A DNA stretch of 64,000 nt from Planctomycetota bacterium (lineage in GTDB: Bacteria > Planctomycetota > UBA1135). Location of the stretch: positions 96,073-160,072 of the forward strand of contig JASFYO010000003.1 of assembly GCA_045047305.1 (NCBI GenBank). The letters run 5' to 3'. Below the pieces are notes generated by a model that saw nothing but the letters and a program-made list of their open reading frames with translations, had not been told where the DNA came from and did not search any database. Below are positions 19,233-28,434 of this stretch, piece by piece; within the stretch, counting starts at the first letter, position 1, and the number at the start of each line of letters is the position of its first letter. Both the position numbers and the translations under genes were made by a program.

Positions 19233-20809
19233 GCACCACAGCAACGCTTTTGAAAAGCCACCTTTGCGGTGGTTGGCATCAGGGTGATGGCGAGACCGTC
19301 ACCCTGTTCAATCCCACGACCGGGGAAGCCGTAGGGGAAGTATCCCGCGGTGGACATGACTTAAAGGCAGCATTGCAATATGCACGGGAAGTCGGTGGTC
19401 CAACTCTACGCGCGATGAGCTTTGCCGAGCGTGGCGCATTGCTTGCTGCTATGGCCAACGCCTGGCATGCCCATCGCGATGAGCTTTTGGATTTGAGCAC
19501 TCTGTCGGGGGGGAACACCCGTGGCGATGCCAAGTTTGACATCGATGGTGGCACTGGCACCTTGATGGCTTATGCAAAGATTGGCGAGAAGCTTGGAGAA
19601 GCCAAGTTCTTCATCGATGGAGAAAGCATTCGCCTTTCGCGCAGTCCCCGTTTCGTCGGACGTCACGTGCAAACTCCGCGCGGTGGAGTTGCGGTGCATA
19701 TTAATGCCTACAACTTCCCAGCCTGGGGCATGGCGGAAAAGGCTGCCTGCGCCATTCTTGCTGGAATGCCGGTTTTGACTAAACCTGCGACCAGCACCTC
19801 GCTATTAGCGGAACGCATGATGGAAATCTTGGTGGAAGACAAGGTGCTTCCCGAAGGTGTGCTACAGATGTTGGTCGGTTCCGCTAGCGATTTGCTCGAC
19901 CATGTCAGCGGACAGGATGTCGTCGCATTCACGGGGTCGGCATGGACTGGTCGCACGATTCGTTCCGGTAAAGCGGTCATTGCAAACTCGGTGCGGGTCA
20001 ACGTCGAAGCCGATAGTTTGAATTCCGCAGTCCTCGGGCCTGATGTCAAGCCGCAGAAAGAAACCTGGGATTTGATGGTGCGCGAAGTTACCACCGACAT
20101 GACCCAAAAGGCTGGTCAGAAATGCACTGCGATCCGGCGCATCTTTGTGCCGGTTGAGAAGGTTGAGGAATTTAAAGCAGACTTGAAGGAGTCCATCGCT
20201 AGCATTCGCGTCGGCAATCCTGCTACCCGTGGAGTTCGCATGGGGCCGGTTGCCAGTGCAGCGCAACTTAAGGATGTGCAAGAAGGCATTGCGGAACTTC
20301 TGCAAGAGTCCGACATCGTCCATGGCGAACAAGGCCGCGGTACCTTGTTAGAGGTGGAGGAGGGCAAGGGTTATTTCCAAGCTCCTGTGCTGCTGCAAAT
20401 TCGGGACAGCCAAACCGCCAAGCTAGTGCATGAGCGCGAAGTTTTTGGCCCAGTTGCAACACTCATCCCTTACGACGGCGATGCAGCCGCGCTTGGCGCT
20501 TTGCTGAATAAGGGCGAAGGTGGGCTTGTGGCTTCGATTTACTCCGATGACCGCAAATTCGCTGCAGACCTCATGACCGTGGTGGCTCCATTCAATGGGC
20601 GCCTCAACTTCGGCAGCAAGAAGGTTGCGGAGATGTCGATGGGACCTGGCGCAGTGCTTCCTATGTTGGTTCACGGCGGCCCCGGAAGGGCTGGTGCCGG
20701 TGAGGAACTAGGCGGTCTGCGTGGTATGTCGCTTTATATGCAACGCACTGCGTTGCAAGGCGACGAGCCGATGTTGGCCGAGATCATGGCCGACGGCATT
20801 GAAGTCTAA
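19229..20809 (+). CDS. boxD: 3,4-dehydroadipyl-CoA semialdehyde dehydrogenase (PaaZ-type ALDH, no MaoC domain)
   Basis: HINAYNFPAWG, FTGSA, EADSLN, KAGQKCTAIRR, EVFGPV and HGGPGRAG; follows boxB. Confidence 0.88.
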   Translation: MSTTATLLKSHLCGGWHQGDGETVTLFNPTTGEAVGEVSRGGHDLKAALQYAREVGGPTLRAMSFAERGALLAAMANAWHAHRDELLDLSTLSGGNTRGDAKFDIDGGTGTLMAYAKIGEKLGEAKFFIDGESIRLSRSPRFVGRHVQTPRGGVAVHINAYNFPAWGMAEKAACAILAGMPVLTKPATSTSLLAERMMEILVEDKVLPEGVLQMLVGSASDLLDHVSGQDVVAFTGSAWTGRTIRSGKAVIANSVRVNVEADSLNSAVLGPDVKPQKETWDLMVREVTTDMTQKAGQKCTAIRRIFVPVEKVEEFKADLKESIASIRVGNPATRGVRMGPVASAAQLKDVQEGIAELLQESDIVHGEQGRGTLLEVEEGKGYFQAPVLLQIRDSQTAKLVHEREVFGPVATLIPYDGDAAALGALLNKGEGGLVASIYSDDRKFAADLMTVVAPFNGRLNFGSKKVAEMSMGPGAVLPMLVHGGPGRAGAGEELGGLRGMSLYMQRTALQGDEPMLAEIMADGIEV

Positions 20810-20844
20810 ACTCACTCTCATAAGAATCCCCTAAACTCACCTCC

Positions 20845-21732
20845 ATGATTTCCCTCATCCCTTTCTTCCTGCAGGACGGCGTAAATAACATCCTTGATTC
20901 TGCGACGCAAAATCCTGAATCGAAAGATTTCATGACCGGAATCCAAAATTTTGTGCTTAATAACTGGATGGCTGCGGTCGTCGGGCTACTTGCCTTTTTC
21001 GTTATGGGCATTGTTGCTGGCTGGGCCAATAGCATCACGCGCAAAGCATGTGAGAAAGCCAAAGTGGAAGAGACTCTTGCGCGTTTCTTCGGCAAGATGG
21101 CTAAGACCAGTGTTCTGCTCATAGGAACGTTGCTCATTCTCGGCACCTTTGGCGTCGATACGGCAAGCTTTTCCGTCATTCTCGGTGCCATGGGTTTGGC
21201 GATTGGTATGGCGCTACAAGGAACACTTGGCAACTTTGCATCCGGCATCATGTTGTTGATTTTCCGCCCCTTCCGAGTTGGCGATGTCATCAACGCAGCT
21301 GGAGTCATCGGCAAAGTTTGTGAGATTGAGCTGTTTACAACGGTACTCGACACTCCAGACAATCGTCGCATCATCATTCCTAACGGCGCCATCTTTGGTG
21401 GCACGATTGAGAACATTTCGCACCACAGTACACGCCGTTGCGAAGTTGCAGTGGGCACGGACTACACCGCCGATCTAGACAAAACTCGTGCGGTCCTAGA
21501 TAAAGCAGCCGCAGGTGTGGCCGAGCGCATTGAAGATCCGGGGCATCAAATCGTCCTGGCAAGCCTTGGCGATAGCTGCATCGACTGGAAGATTCGTATT
21601 TGGTGCAAGAGCTCGGATTACTGGGGCTGCATGGAGGCCACCACACGTGCGGTCAAAATGGCCCTCGACGAGGCTGGCATTGGCATCCCATACCCGCAAA
21701 TGGATGTCCACATGGACAAGCTCGACGGCTAA
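20845..21732 (+). CDS. mscS: Small-conductance mechanosensitive channel
   Basis: GLAIGMALQGTLGNFASG..RPFRVGD, IIIPNG and GIGIPYPQMDVH. Confidence 0.92.
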   Translation: MISLIPFFLQDGVNNILDSATQNPESKDFMTGIQNFVLNNWMAAVVGLLAFFVMGIVAGWANSITRKACEKAKVEETLARFFGKMAKTSVLLIGTLLILGTFGVDTASFSVILGAMGLAIGMALQGTLGNFASGIMLLIFRPFRVGDVINAAGVIGKVCEIELFTTVLDTPDNRRIIIPNGAIFGGTIENISHHSTRRCEVAVGTDYTADLDKTRAVLDKAAAGVAERIEDPGHQIVLASLGDSCIDWKIRIWCKSSDYWGCMEATTRAVKMALDEAGIGIPYPQMDVHMDKLDG

Positions 21733-21741
21733 GATGCACGC

Positions 21742-22005
21742 ATGAGCGTTCAACAAGTCGTGCTGATTTGGATAGCGATCACCTCGGTGGTCGCTTTCCT
21801 CAATTTTGGCTGGGACAAGCAGCGTGCGAAAAAAAATCGCAACCGAGTTCCGGAACGAGTGCTGATGGCCTGGTCGATGGTCGGAGGTGCACCCGGTGGG
21901 GCTTTAGGCATGATTGCCTTTCGCCACAAAATCAGAAAACCCTCATTCTGGGTGGTGGAGCTAGCCGGCTGTTGCCTTTGGGGTTGGACCGCTTTTTCCG
22001 TTTAA
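21742..22005 (+). CDS. DUF1294 family membrane protein
   Basis: DKQRA..RVPERVL..GGAPG..FRHK motif. Confidence 0.88.
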   Translation: MSVQQVVLIWIAITSVVAFLNFGWDKQRAKKNRNRVPERVLMAWSMVGGAPGGALGMIAFRHKIRKPSFWVVELAGCCLWGWTAFSV

Positions 22006-22772
22006 AGCATGGCCACGGCAGCGGGGTCCTGCCGGTAAAAAGTTTTGAGCAAGGCATAAACCTCAGCCTCTAGCTTGCTTAAATCCTGTGGACGCTCAAA
22101 GAACATTTCCGTAGCGACTGCAAAAAACTCCGCTGGATTGGTTGCGCCATAAGCGTCAAGGAATGTCGGTGTGCCGCGCTGCACCATTTCGGCATGACGT
22201 AATGCCGCTGCGCTCATGCGTTGCCGCCAATCATTTTCCTCATGGTCTTGCGTGAGCGGAGGGATGCCGTCGGTGATGCCATCGAGCATGTCGAGCTTGT
22301 GTGCAAACTCATGAAAAACGGTGTTTTGGCCGTCATTAGGATTGCGTCCACCTTGGTAGGCATGATCCCAAGCTAGAACAATAGGACCGTTGGGCCATGC
22401 TTCGCCAAGATTCGTATGCTCGCGGTTTTCAATTACCCCATCGGGCGACTGTTGCTGCGAACGATGCCGGAATACCGATGGATAGACCAAGATGGTGTTG
22501 ACCTTTTGGTAGAACACATGGTCCAAATTCAGAATAAGTAGACAAGCCTGCGCCGCAATCACGACCCGAATTTTGTCGCGCATTTCGAGCCCGTCGCAGC
22601 CCTCAAAATCCTTTTCTGCAAGGAATACGCACATCAAATCGCATAAGCGAGCGCGGTCCGAAGGGTGAAGTCGCTCGACGAATGGCAAAACGTCGAGCCA
22701 TTGCTCCCACTCCAAAGGCAAGCCTCGTTTGACCAAGCGAGCACGTCGGCGGCGGCGGGACCATGGGAACAT
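22002..22772 (-). CDS. M90 family zinc peptidase (MtfA-like)
   Basis: IAAQACLL, ILVYP, GEAW..GPIVLAW, HEFAHKLD and YGATNPAEFFAVATE; start MFPW at 22772, 5 nt after TACACT. Confidence 0.9.
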   Translation of the reverse strand: MFPWSRRRRRARLVKRGLPLEWEQWLDVLPFVERLHPSDRARLCDLMCVFLAEKDFEGCDGLEMRDKIRVVIAAQACLLILNLDHVFYQKVNTILVYPSVFRHRSQQQSPDGVIENREHTNLGEAWPNGPIVLAWDHAYQGGRNPNDGQNTVFHEFAHKLDMLDGITDGIPPLTQDHEENDWRQRMSAAALRHAEMVQRGTPTFLDAYGATNPAEFFAVATEMFFERPQDLSKLEAEVYALLKTFYRQDPAAVAML

Positions 22773-22777
22773 GCCGG

Positions 22778-22787
22778 AGTGTATCCT
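22778..22787. promoter_or_regulatory. Bidirectional -10 element (TACACT on -, TATCCT on +)
   Basis: AGTGTATCCT, 5 nt from ATG 22772(-) and 10 nt from ATG 22798(+). Confidence 0.62.
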
Positions 22788-22797
22788 AATGACAATC

Positions 22798-23541
22798 ATG
22801 CTCATCCGTCATAGTCGCGATTCTCAATGGCTCTCCAACAGTTGGTTGGTGGCTGATAAACCTGGCGGGCATGCAGTGTTGATCGATACGGGAGGCCCGC
22901 AACAACCGTTGCTGGCTGCGATCGAGGAGTTCTCGCTAACTCTAACGCATGTACTCAACACACATCACCACCATGATCACGTGACCTTCAATAAGGAGTG
23001 GAAGCAGTCTTTTGGCTGCCCTGTTTGTGCCCACCATGCTGAAGAAAGTTTGATTCCTGGCTTCACTCAGAGATTGGCTGATGGCGACGAAATTCGCAGC
23101 GGTGAACTTGTTGTGCGCGCGATGCACATTCCAGGCCACACTGCCGGTCAGCTTGCCTTTCTCATTAATGAGAAGGCCGTTTTTACTGGAGATACCTTAT
23201 TCCGAGGTTCGGTGGGCGGCACTTGTGCACCAGGCCACACTGTTTTCGCGGAGTTGCAACATTCGATTATGGATAGGTTAATGACTTTGCCGAAGCAGAC
23301 GGAAGTTTATCCTGGGCATATGGAGCCCACTTCGGTGGGGCGAGAGTGGGAAGAAAACCCCTTCTTGCGTATCTGGCGAGGTCTTGAGCAATCCCAGAAA
23401 ACGCCATGTACTGCCTTTGGTAAAGCTGCGGAGTTACTTTTGCGCGCACCCGATTACGATGGTGGGACGAAATGTTGGGTGCGTTTTGAGGACGGTCGCG
23501 AAGATGTGGTGCCAGGAAGTCGAGTCCACGATCTTAGTTAA
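22798..23541 (+). CDS. MBL-fold metallo-hydrolase (glyoxalase II-like) with C-terminal extension; start 22789 or 22798
   Basis: THHHHDH, PGHTAG, FTGDTLF, YPGH and EWEENPF. Confidence 0.88.
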   Translation: MLIRHSRDSQWLSNSWLVADKPGGHAVLIDTGGPQQPLLAAIEEFSLTLTHVLNTHHHHDHVTFNKEWKQSFGCPVCAHHAEESLIPGFTQRLADGDEIRSGELVVRAMHIPGHTAGQLAFLINEKAVFTGDTLFRGSVGGTCAPGHTVFAELQHSIMDRLMTLPKQTEVYPGHMEPTSVGREWEENPFLRIWRGLEQSQKTPCTAFGKAAELLLRAPDYDGGTKCWVRFEDGREDVVPGSRVHDLS

Positions 23542-25812
23542 TCAATCGCGGGTATCGTTGGCTTTGCGTATTAATAGATCTTCAAAACGGTCCAGGAAAT
23601 CCCACTCGCGCCCAGACCAGATATGACCACCGAAGCGTGTGCGGTAAACCAAACGAGTAATCGTGCTGAGTGGAAGATAAAATTCACCTCCCCAGCGCTG
23701 CACCGACCGAGCGAATTCCGAAGCCGATTCACTGCGTTTTTTGTGGAATCCTAAGATTTCTAAGTGGCTGCGAACGCGAGCCCAATAGTCCATGGCAAGG
23801 ATGGCTTCGGTGGAAAACATGGCCTCTTTAGCGTGCTGTTTTTTGCGTTGCATCAAGACGCTAGCCAAATTGCCAATCGTGACTGCGAGAACCACGATGC
23901 CGAGGATGGCACCAATGGAAGTCATGACTAGGTTGAGGCTGGCAGAGTTGGAGTTCAAGCTTTGACTTGGCTGTTCCGTCTCCTCTACGGCGGCAGGTAT
24001 CTCTAGGGCAACAGGTGGAGCTGGGTCTTCAGGGAAGGCTTCTGTGTCCTGACGTGCCCGCAAAGCCGCAATTGCATCCATACGTGAGCCGGAAGGCGTA
24101 GGTTCGAGAGTCCGCCACGTGCCATCATTTTGCAATACCTCGACCCAGGCATGTCCTGGTAAACGCCCAAGGTAGGCCTGATGTTGCGTGGAATATTCTG
24201 TCACCATAAAGCCGGTGGCTACCCGACATGCAATCCCGTTGGCGCGCAAGTAAAGCATGGCGGCCGATGCAAAGTAAGAGCAGTACCCACGCTTCTGTTC
24301 AAAGAAATCGGAAAAGGCTTGAATCCCATTTTTGGCCGAGGGCTCTAAGTCGTACACATAATCCTGATGAAAGTGATTCAGGATGCGGTCAAGTTTAGCT
24401 TGCTGGGAGGGCTTTTCTTGGCACAGATCTAAAGCAGCTTGCACCCAAGGACGAAACTCCGCTTCTTTTGGCAGCGTTAGGTAGCGTGGGGGAGCGCGTC
24501 GGACCGAAACCAGTGGTACGTTTTTATTCACTGGATGGCTCAGCCATTGGTACTCAAACATCGCAGACTTTGGCACTTCTGCCAAAGCCGTATGGTCATT
24601 CTCATCCAGGCGGCAACTTGGATAGCGCAGCGCAACCATGGTGCGATCGTGGAGGAGGAAAGAAAGCCGCCCCTTGCCTCCGTTCTGTTGATGTAACAGA
24701 GGTCGGGTTTTCATCTTGAACTGGATCACGGCATCCTTGCGGAAGTCTGGGTTGAAAATCACCCAATCGTCCGATCCAAGCCCACTATTGGCATGGAAAA
24801 TCGCTTCCGGCGCAAAACCCCGAGAAAGACCCTTTTCGCTAAGGGTGTCGAAGGTTGTGGCTGCCAAGTAAAGCGGGCGTGCCGCCGAGAAATAGGGGCG
24901 CGTACGGTTGATGTCGCGATCGGAACGCAGCTGAAAGAGCCATACATCCTTGGTTGATTGCGTAACTCTACCTTGCCATGGAATTTCAGTCGGAAAGATA
25001 AAGTCACGAGGCGGCTCATGGTCAATCTCCGCCAAATCCCTGTTTGAATTTTCTTCGCCGGTGTCGCTGTTGGCGTTGTCAGAGGCTACAAAAGAATCGC
25101 TCGACACAGCTTTTTCCTTGGGAACCATCCAGCTAGTCGTTTGTTGCAGTATGAGGCCAAGGGGAAACAGCATTAACCCCATGATCATCATGAAGCGGGC
25201 TCGCGCCCAAAGGCCAGCGCCGTCTTCTGGCGGGTTCAGGTGAGAGCGTTCATGTCGGAGCAGGCGCCGACGGGACCAGCGGGCATGAAGCCAGGTAGCG
25301 ATGCCGCCGGCCAGAAGAAGGCTGCTGAGCATCCAGGTGCTAACGATGGCTCGCGCGAGTAAATCCCCAGGCCACAATACGTGGTGCGCTAGAAGAAGTT
25401 CTGCTGTGGAAAGGATTAACGCTAAGGCGGCGAAGTTATCAAAGCGCGCATAACGCATCGCGTAGCCATGTAGGCAAAGTAAAAGCGCAACTCCCCAGCT
25501 AGCAGCGGTGGCACTTGGCGTTAAAAAGGGAAAACTCAAAATCATCACCAAGTAAAAGCTTTGGTTGATGAGCTCGTGATGCTTTTCCTCAAGTGAGAAA
25601 AAGTTAATCCAACGCGTAGCGAAGGGTGCGAACAGCAGGAAAAACGGAAGAAAAACGGCTAGGCCTAAGGGCCAATCGCTTTGCTTGGTAAAGAACAGCG
25701 CGCATGCGGAACCGCCAGAGATGGCAAGCACCATCAGACCCCGTTGACACCAGCCGTCGAGCGGGGATCTCGGCACTAGGTGGTAGAGACGACGTCGGGC
25801 GTAAGATCTCAT
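23542..25812 (-). CDS. Membrane transglutaminase-like protein (TgpA-like)
   Basis: N-terminal TM segments; GYCSYFASA, RVATGF, HAWVEV and LEPTP; ATGA overlap with DUF58. Confidence 0.85.
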   Translation of the reverse strand: MRSYARRRLYHLVPRSPLDGWCQRGLMVLAISGGSACALFFTKQSDWPLGLAVFLPFFLLFAPFATRWINFFSLEEKHHELINQSFYLVMILSFPFLTPSATAASWGVALLLCLHGYAMRYARFDNFAALALILSTAELLLAHHVLWPGDLLARAIVSTWMLSSLLLAGGIATWLHARWSRRRLLRHERSHLNPPEDGAGLWARARFMMIMGLMLFPLGLILQQTTSWMVPKEKAVSSDSFVASDNANSDTGEENSNRDLAEIDHEPPRDFIFPTEIPWQGRVTQSTKDVWLFQLRSDRDINRTRPYFSAARPLYLAATTFDTLSEKGLSRGFAPEAIFHANSGLGSDDWVIFNPDFRKDAVIQFKMKTRPLLHQQNGGKGRLSFLLHDRTMVALRYPSCRLDENDHTALAEVPKSAMFEYQWLSHPVNKNVPLVSVRRAPPRYLTLPKEAEFRPWVQAALDLCQEKPSQQAKLDRILNHFHQDYVYDLEPSAKNGIQAFSDFFEQKRGYCSYFASAAMLYLRANGIACRVATGFMVTEYSTQHQAYLGRLPGHAWVEVLQNDGTWRTLEPTPSGSRMDAIAALRARQDTEAFPEDPAPPVALEIPAAVEETEQPSQSLNSNSASLNLVMTSIGAILGIVVLAVTIGNLASVLMQRKKQHAKEAMFSTEAILAMDYWARVRSHLEILGFHKKRSESASEFARSVQRWGGEFYLPLSTITRLVYRTRFGGHIWSGREWDFLDRFEDLLIRKANDTRD

Positions 25813-27014
25813 GCGCGCCTGCTTTGCAAGAAACCGGTTTGAGAGAAACGTCGGTCCGAGTGGAACCATCGTTTTGTGGCAGGGTCAAGGATGTCGAGGC
25901 GTTGGCGTCTGCTGTCGCGAAGATTGCCTCCGCCCGCACTGATTTGAATGCGGAAAGCCTTACGGCTGCGCATTCCGGTCGGTGAGAGGGGGTTGGCCGT
26001 TTGCGCTACTCCCTTGTCTTTTGGGAATTCGATTTCGGCAAGTTTGGTGAGTACACCAAATAGTCCAGAGCGGCCACGTTGTTCTTCAAGGAAGAATGCA
26101 TTTTGGACGTCGGTGCAAACCACCTCGACTCGATAGTTGCGGCGCAGAAAAAAGTCGGCAAGACTTGCGGTCAAACAAATGGACTGCTCAAAAAGAAATT
26201 TATCTGAGCGTTGACGCGCCGTAGTCGGAAGCGGGGGGATTAGCTCTAATCGAATGCTGGGTTTACGGACTCCATGCAGTTCCTTGAGCATGAGGCCATT
26301 GCGGCGTGCCGTGCTTTTCCAGTGCACATTGCGCTGGCTCATGCCGGGGCGCCACCGTTTGAGAGTATGAAACTCCTCGGCGTCTTGGAAGCGGCCAGTG
26401 TTAGCAACCAAGGTTTCGCGTTCGGGTGGAATTAAACTTAGTGGATCACGCAAGGCTCCAAGACGTGGCAGTGCCAAGAAATCGGCGGGCAGTTCCCATG
26501 CAGAAGTCCACCGAATCAAGCCGAATGGAAAGGTCGAGGCCAAGCGTAAACCATGTGTACTGAAGCGACCTCGCTTGGGCAGGCGTAAGTCGCCCTCCAT
26601 CCATTGCGATGTACCCGGAGCAATGCTCGCTCGATAAGCAAATAGGCCACGGCGATGAAAATCACTGCCGTGGTAAACCAATATGTCGTGGGCAGTAAAG
26701 CGACTGCCAGTGTGGTGCAAGCCAAACCGAATCGATAATTTTTCCCATGCAAACCCGGTTGCGGGTTCTAGGCCGGTAGGCGCAAGCGAAAGCAGGGAAA
26801 CCCGTCCGTAAAACCAACTGCTTAAAAACAGCAATAGGAGTAAACTGGAAAACCCAAGGAAAATAGGAGTTGGGCTAAACCCTTGGAGGGCGATGTAAGC
26901 GAAGCCTAGGGCTCCACTGACCCACAAAAGTGATTTTGCCAGCGGAGTCAGGCGCCAACGAACACCAAGGCATCGGCCACTTTCATTTTGCGGATTCGCG
27001 GCCGCTTGCTTCAT
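25809..27014 (-). CDS. DUF58 family protein
   Basis: RGRF, STFPFGL and EFHTLKRWRPG..VHWKSTAR; lies between moxR and the transglutaminase. Confidence 0.85.
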   Translation of the reverse strand: MKQAAANPQNESGRCLGVRWRLTPLAKSLLWVSGALGFAYIALQGFSPTPIFLGFSSLLLLLFLSSWFYGRVSLLSLAPTGLEPATGFAWEKLSIRFGLHHTGSRFTAHDILVYHGSDFHRRGLFAYRASIAPGTSQWMEGDLRLPKRGRFSTHGLRLASTFPFGLIRWTSAWELPADFLALPRLGALRDPLSLIPPERETLVANTGRFQDAEEFHTLKRWRPGMSQRNVHWKSTARRNGLMLKELHGVRKPSIRLELIPPLPTTARQRSDKFLFEQSICLTASLADFFLRRNYRVEVVCTDVQNAFFLEEQRGRSGLFGVLTKLAEIEFPKDKGVAQTANPLSPTGMRSRKAFRIQISAGGGNLRDSRRQRLDILDPATKRWFHSDRRFSQTGFLQSRRA

Positions 27015-27964
27015 TGTGGAACCGTGACTTCGCTGAGGATGTTTTCCAAAGCGCTGGCGGTGCCGTGCATGCCACCTTCATAAGCAGGTGATGGCAAAAC
27101 CCGATGTGCAATGCAAGGAATGAATAGCTCCTTGATATCGTCTGGGGTGACGAAATCACGATTGTGAATCAAAGCGTTGGCTTGGGTAGCACGGTGCAGG
27201 CCTAAAGCAGCACGCGTGGATGCCCCAAGAGCAAGGTGTGGATGGCGTCGGGTTTGCTCAATCAAATCAAGCAGGTAGTCAAGGAGGTCATCGTCGTAAT
27301 GCACTTCTGCAACAGCCTGGATAAGCTGATTGAGTTCTGCGCTAGTCATGCAAGCTTGCACCGCATCCACCGGATCCTTGAGTCCGCGGCCTTGTAGAAG
27401 CTCTTTTGCGATGTCTCGTTCGGGATGGCCCAAGCTCAAGCGCAACATAAAACGATCTAACTGCGATTCCGGCAACGGGTAGGTACCTTCAAACTCCATC
27501 GGGTTTTGCGTGGCAATTACGAAGAAGGGTTGGGGTAATTCATGGCGTTCGCCGTCGACAGAAATCGACTGCTCACTCATGGCTTCTAGCAATGCTGATT
27601 GTGTGCGTGGGGATGTACGGTTGAGTTCATCGGCCAGCAGTATGCTGTGAAATACGGGGCCACGCGTGAAACGAAAAGTGCTTTCTTGGTTGTCCCAAAT
27701 ACTGACACCAAGCACATCACTAGGCAGCAAGTCGGAAGTGAATTGAATGCGTTGAAAATCCAATCCTAGCGCCCGTGCCAAGGCTCTGGCCAAAGTGGTC
27801 TTTCCGGTGCCAGGGACGTCTTCCAGTAAAACATGACCGCGAGCTAGGAGTCCAACCAGGCACAGGCGGATGGCATCCTCTTTGCCGCGTATGGCGAGTC
27901 CTACTGTGGCCACTAAATCATCAAGCCGCTGCAAAGGCAGGCGGTGTTGCAAACTGTTTGTCAT
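27011..27964 (-). CDS. moxR: MoxR family AAA+ ATPase
   Basis: HVLLEDVPGTGKT, RIQFTSDLLPSD, DELNRT and ATQNP..GTYPLPESQLDRF. Confidence 0.95.
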   Translation of the reverse strand: MTNSLQHRLPLQRLDDLVATVGLAIRGKEDAIRLCLVGLLARGHVLLEDVPGTGKTTLARALARALGLDFQRIQFTSDLLPSDVLGVSIWDNQESTFRFTRGPVFHSILLADELNRTSPRTQSALLEAMSEQSISVDGERHELPQPFFVIATQNPMEFEGTYPLPESQLDRFMLRLSLGHPERDIAKELLQGRGLKDPVDAVQACMTSAELNQLIQAVAEVHYDDDLLDYLLDLIEQTRRHPHLALGASTRAALGLHRATQANALIHNRDFVTPDDIKELFIPCIAHRVLPSPAYEGGMHGTASALENILSEVTVPQ

Positions 27965-28324
27965 CTAGGGTGTTTGATCTTTGCGCTGTTGCATGAACTC
28001 ATCCAAACTGCCATGGAAGGATTCGAGTTCTTTCGGGGTGTCGCTGGATTCCTTGCTAGAAGGTGGAATGTCCTGCGTTACTGAATCTGCGTCTTGCGTT
28101 GGTTGAAAAGGGTAGCCAAATGGGGATTTAGGCATGCTTCTTTTTGGCCCGATGCCTAGCGCGCTTAGAAGCAAGAAAATGAGTCCAAGCGTCAGAGTGA
28201 AAAGCAGGATGAAAAAAGCGAAAACCAAAAAGGCTAGCGTCAGTACCAAACGGAGCAGACCACCCACGAATCCTGGCGCAGCCGCTGGTCCTGGCATGGT
28301 AGCGTGAAGGAAGGGACGTGGCAT
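27965..28324 (-). CDS. Hypothetical membrane protein
   Basis: Long hydrophobic stretch and acidic tail; TAATCT 5 nt before ATG; abuts moxR. Confidence 0.6.
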   Translation of the reverse strand: MPRPFLHATMPGPAAAPGFVGGLLRLVLTLAFLVFAFFILLFTLTLGLIFLLLSALGIGPKRSMPKSPFGYPFQPTQDADSVTQDIPPSSKESSDTPKELESFHGSLDEFMQQRKDQTP

Positions 28325-28434
28325 GCCCTAGATTACGCACAATCCAAGCTCATGGCAGGCTATCTTCGGCACTTCTAAGGGTTCTTTTCTGCTAGCATAG
28401 CCACGGAATCATCCAGCCTTTTTTGGAGTTCACA

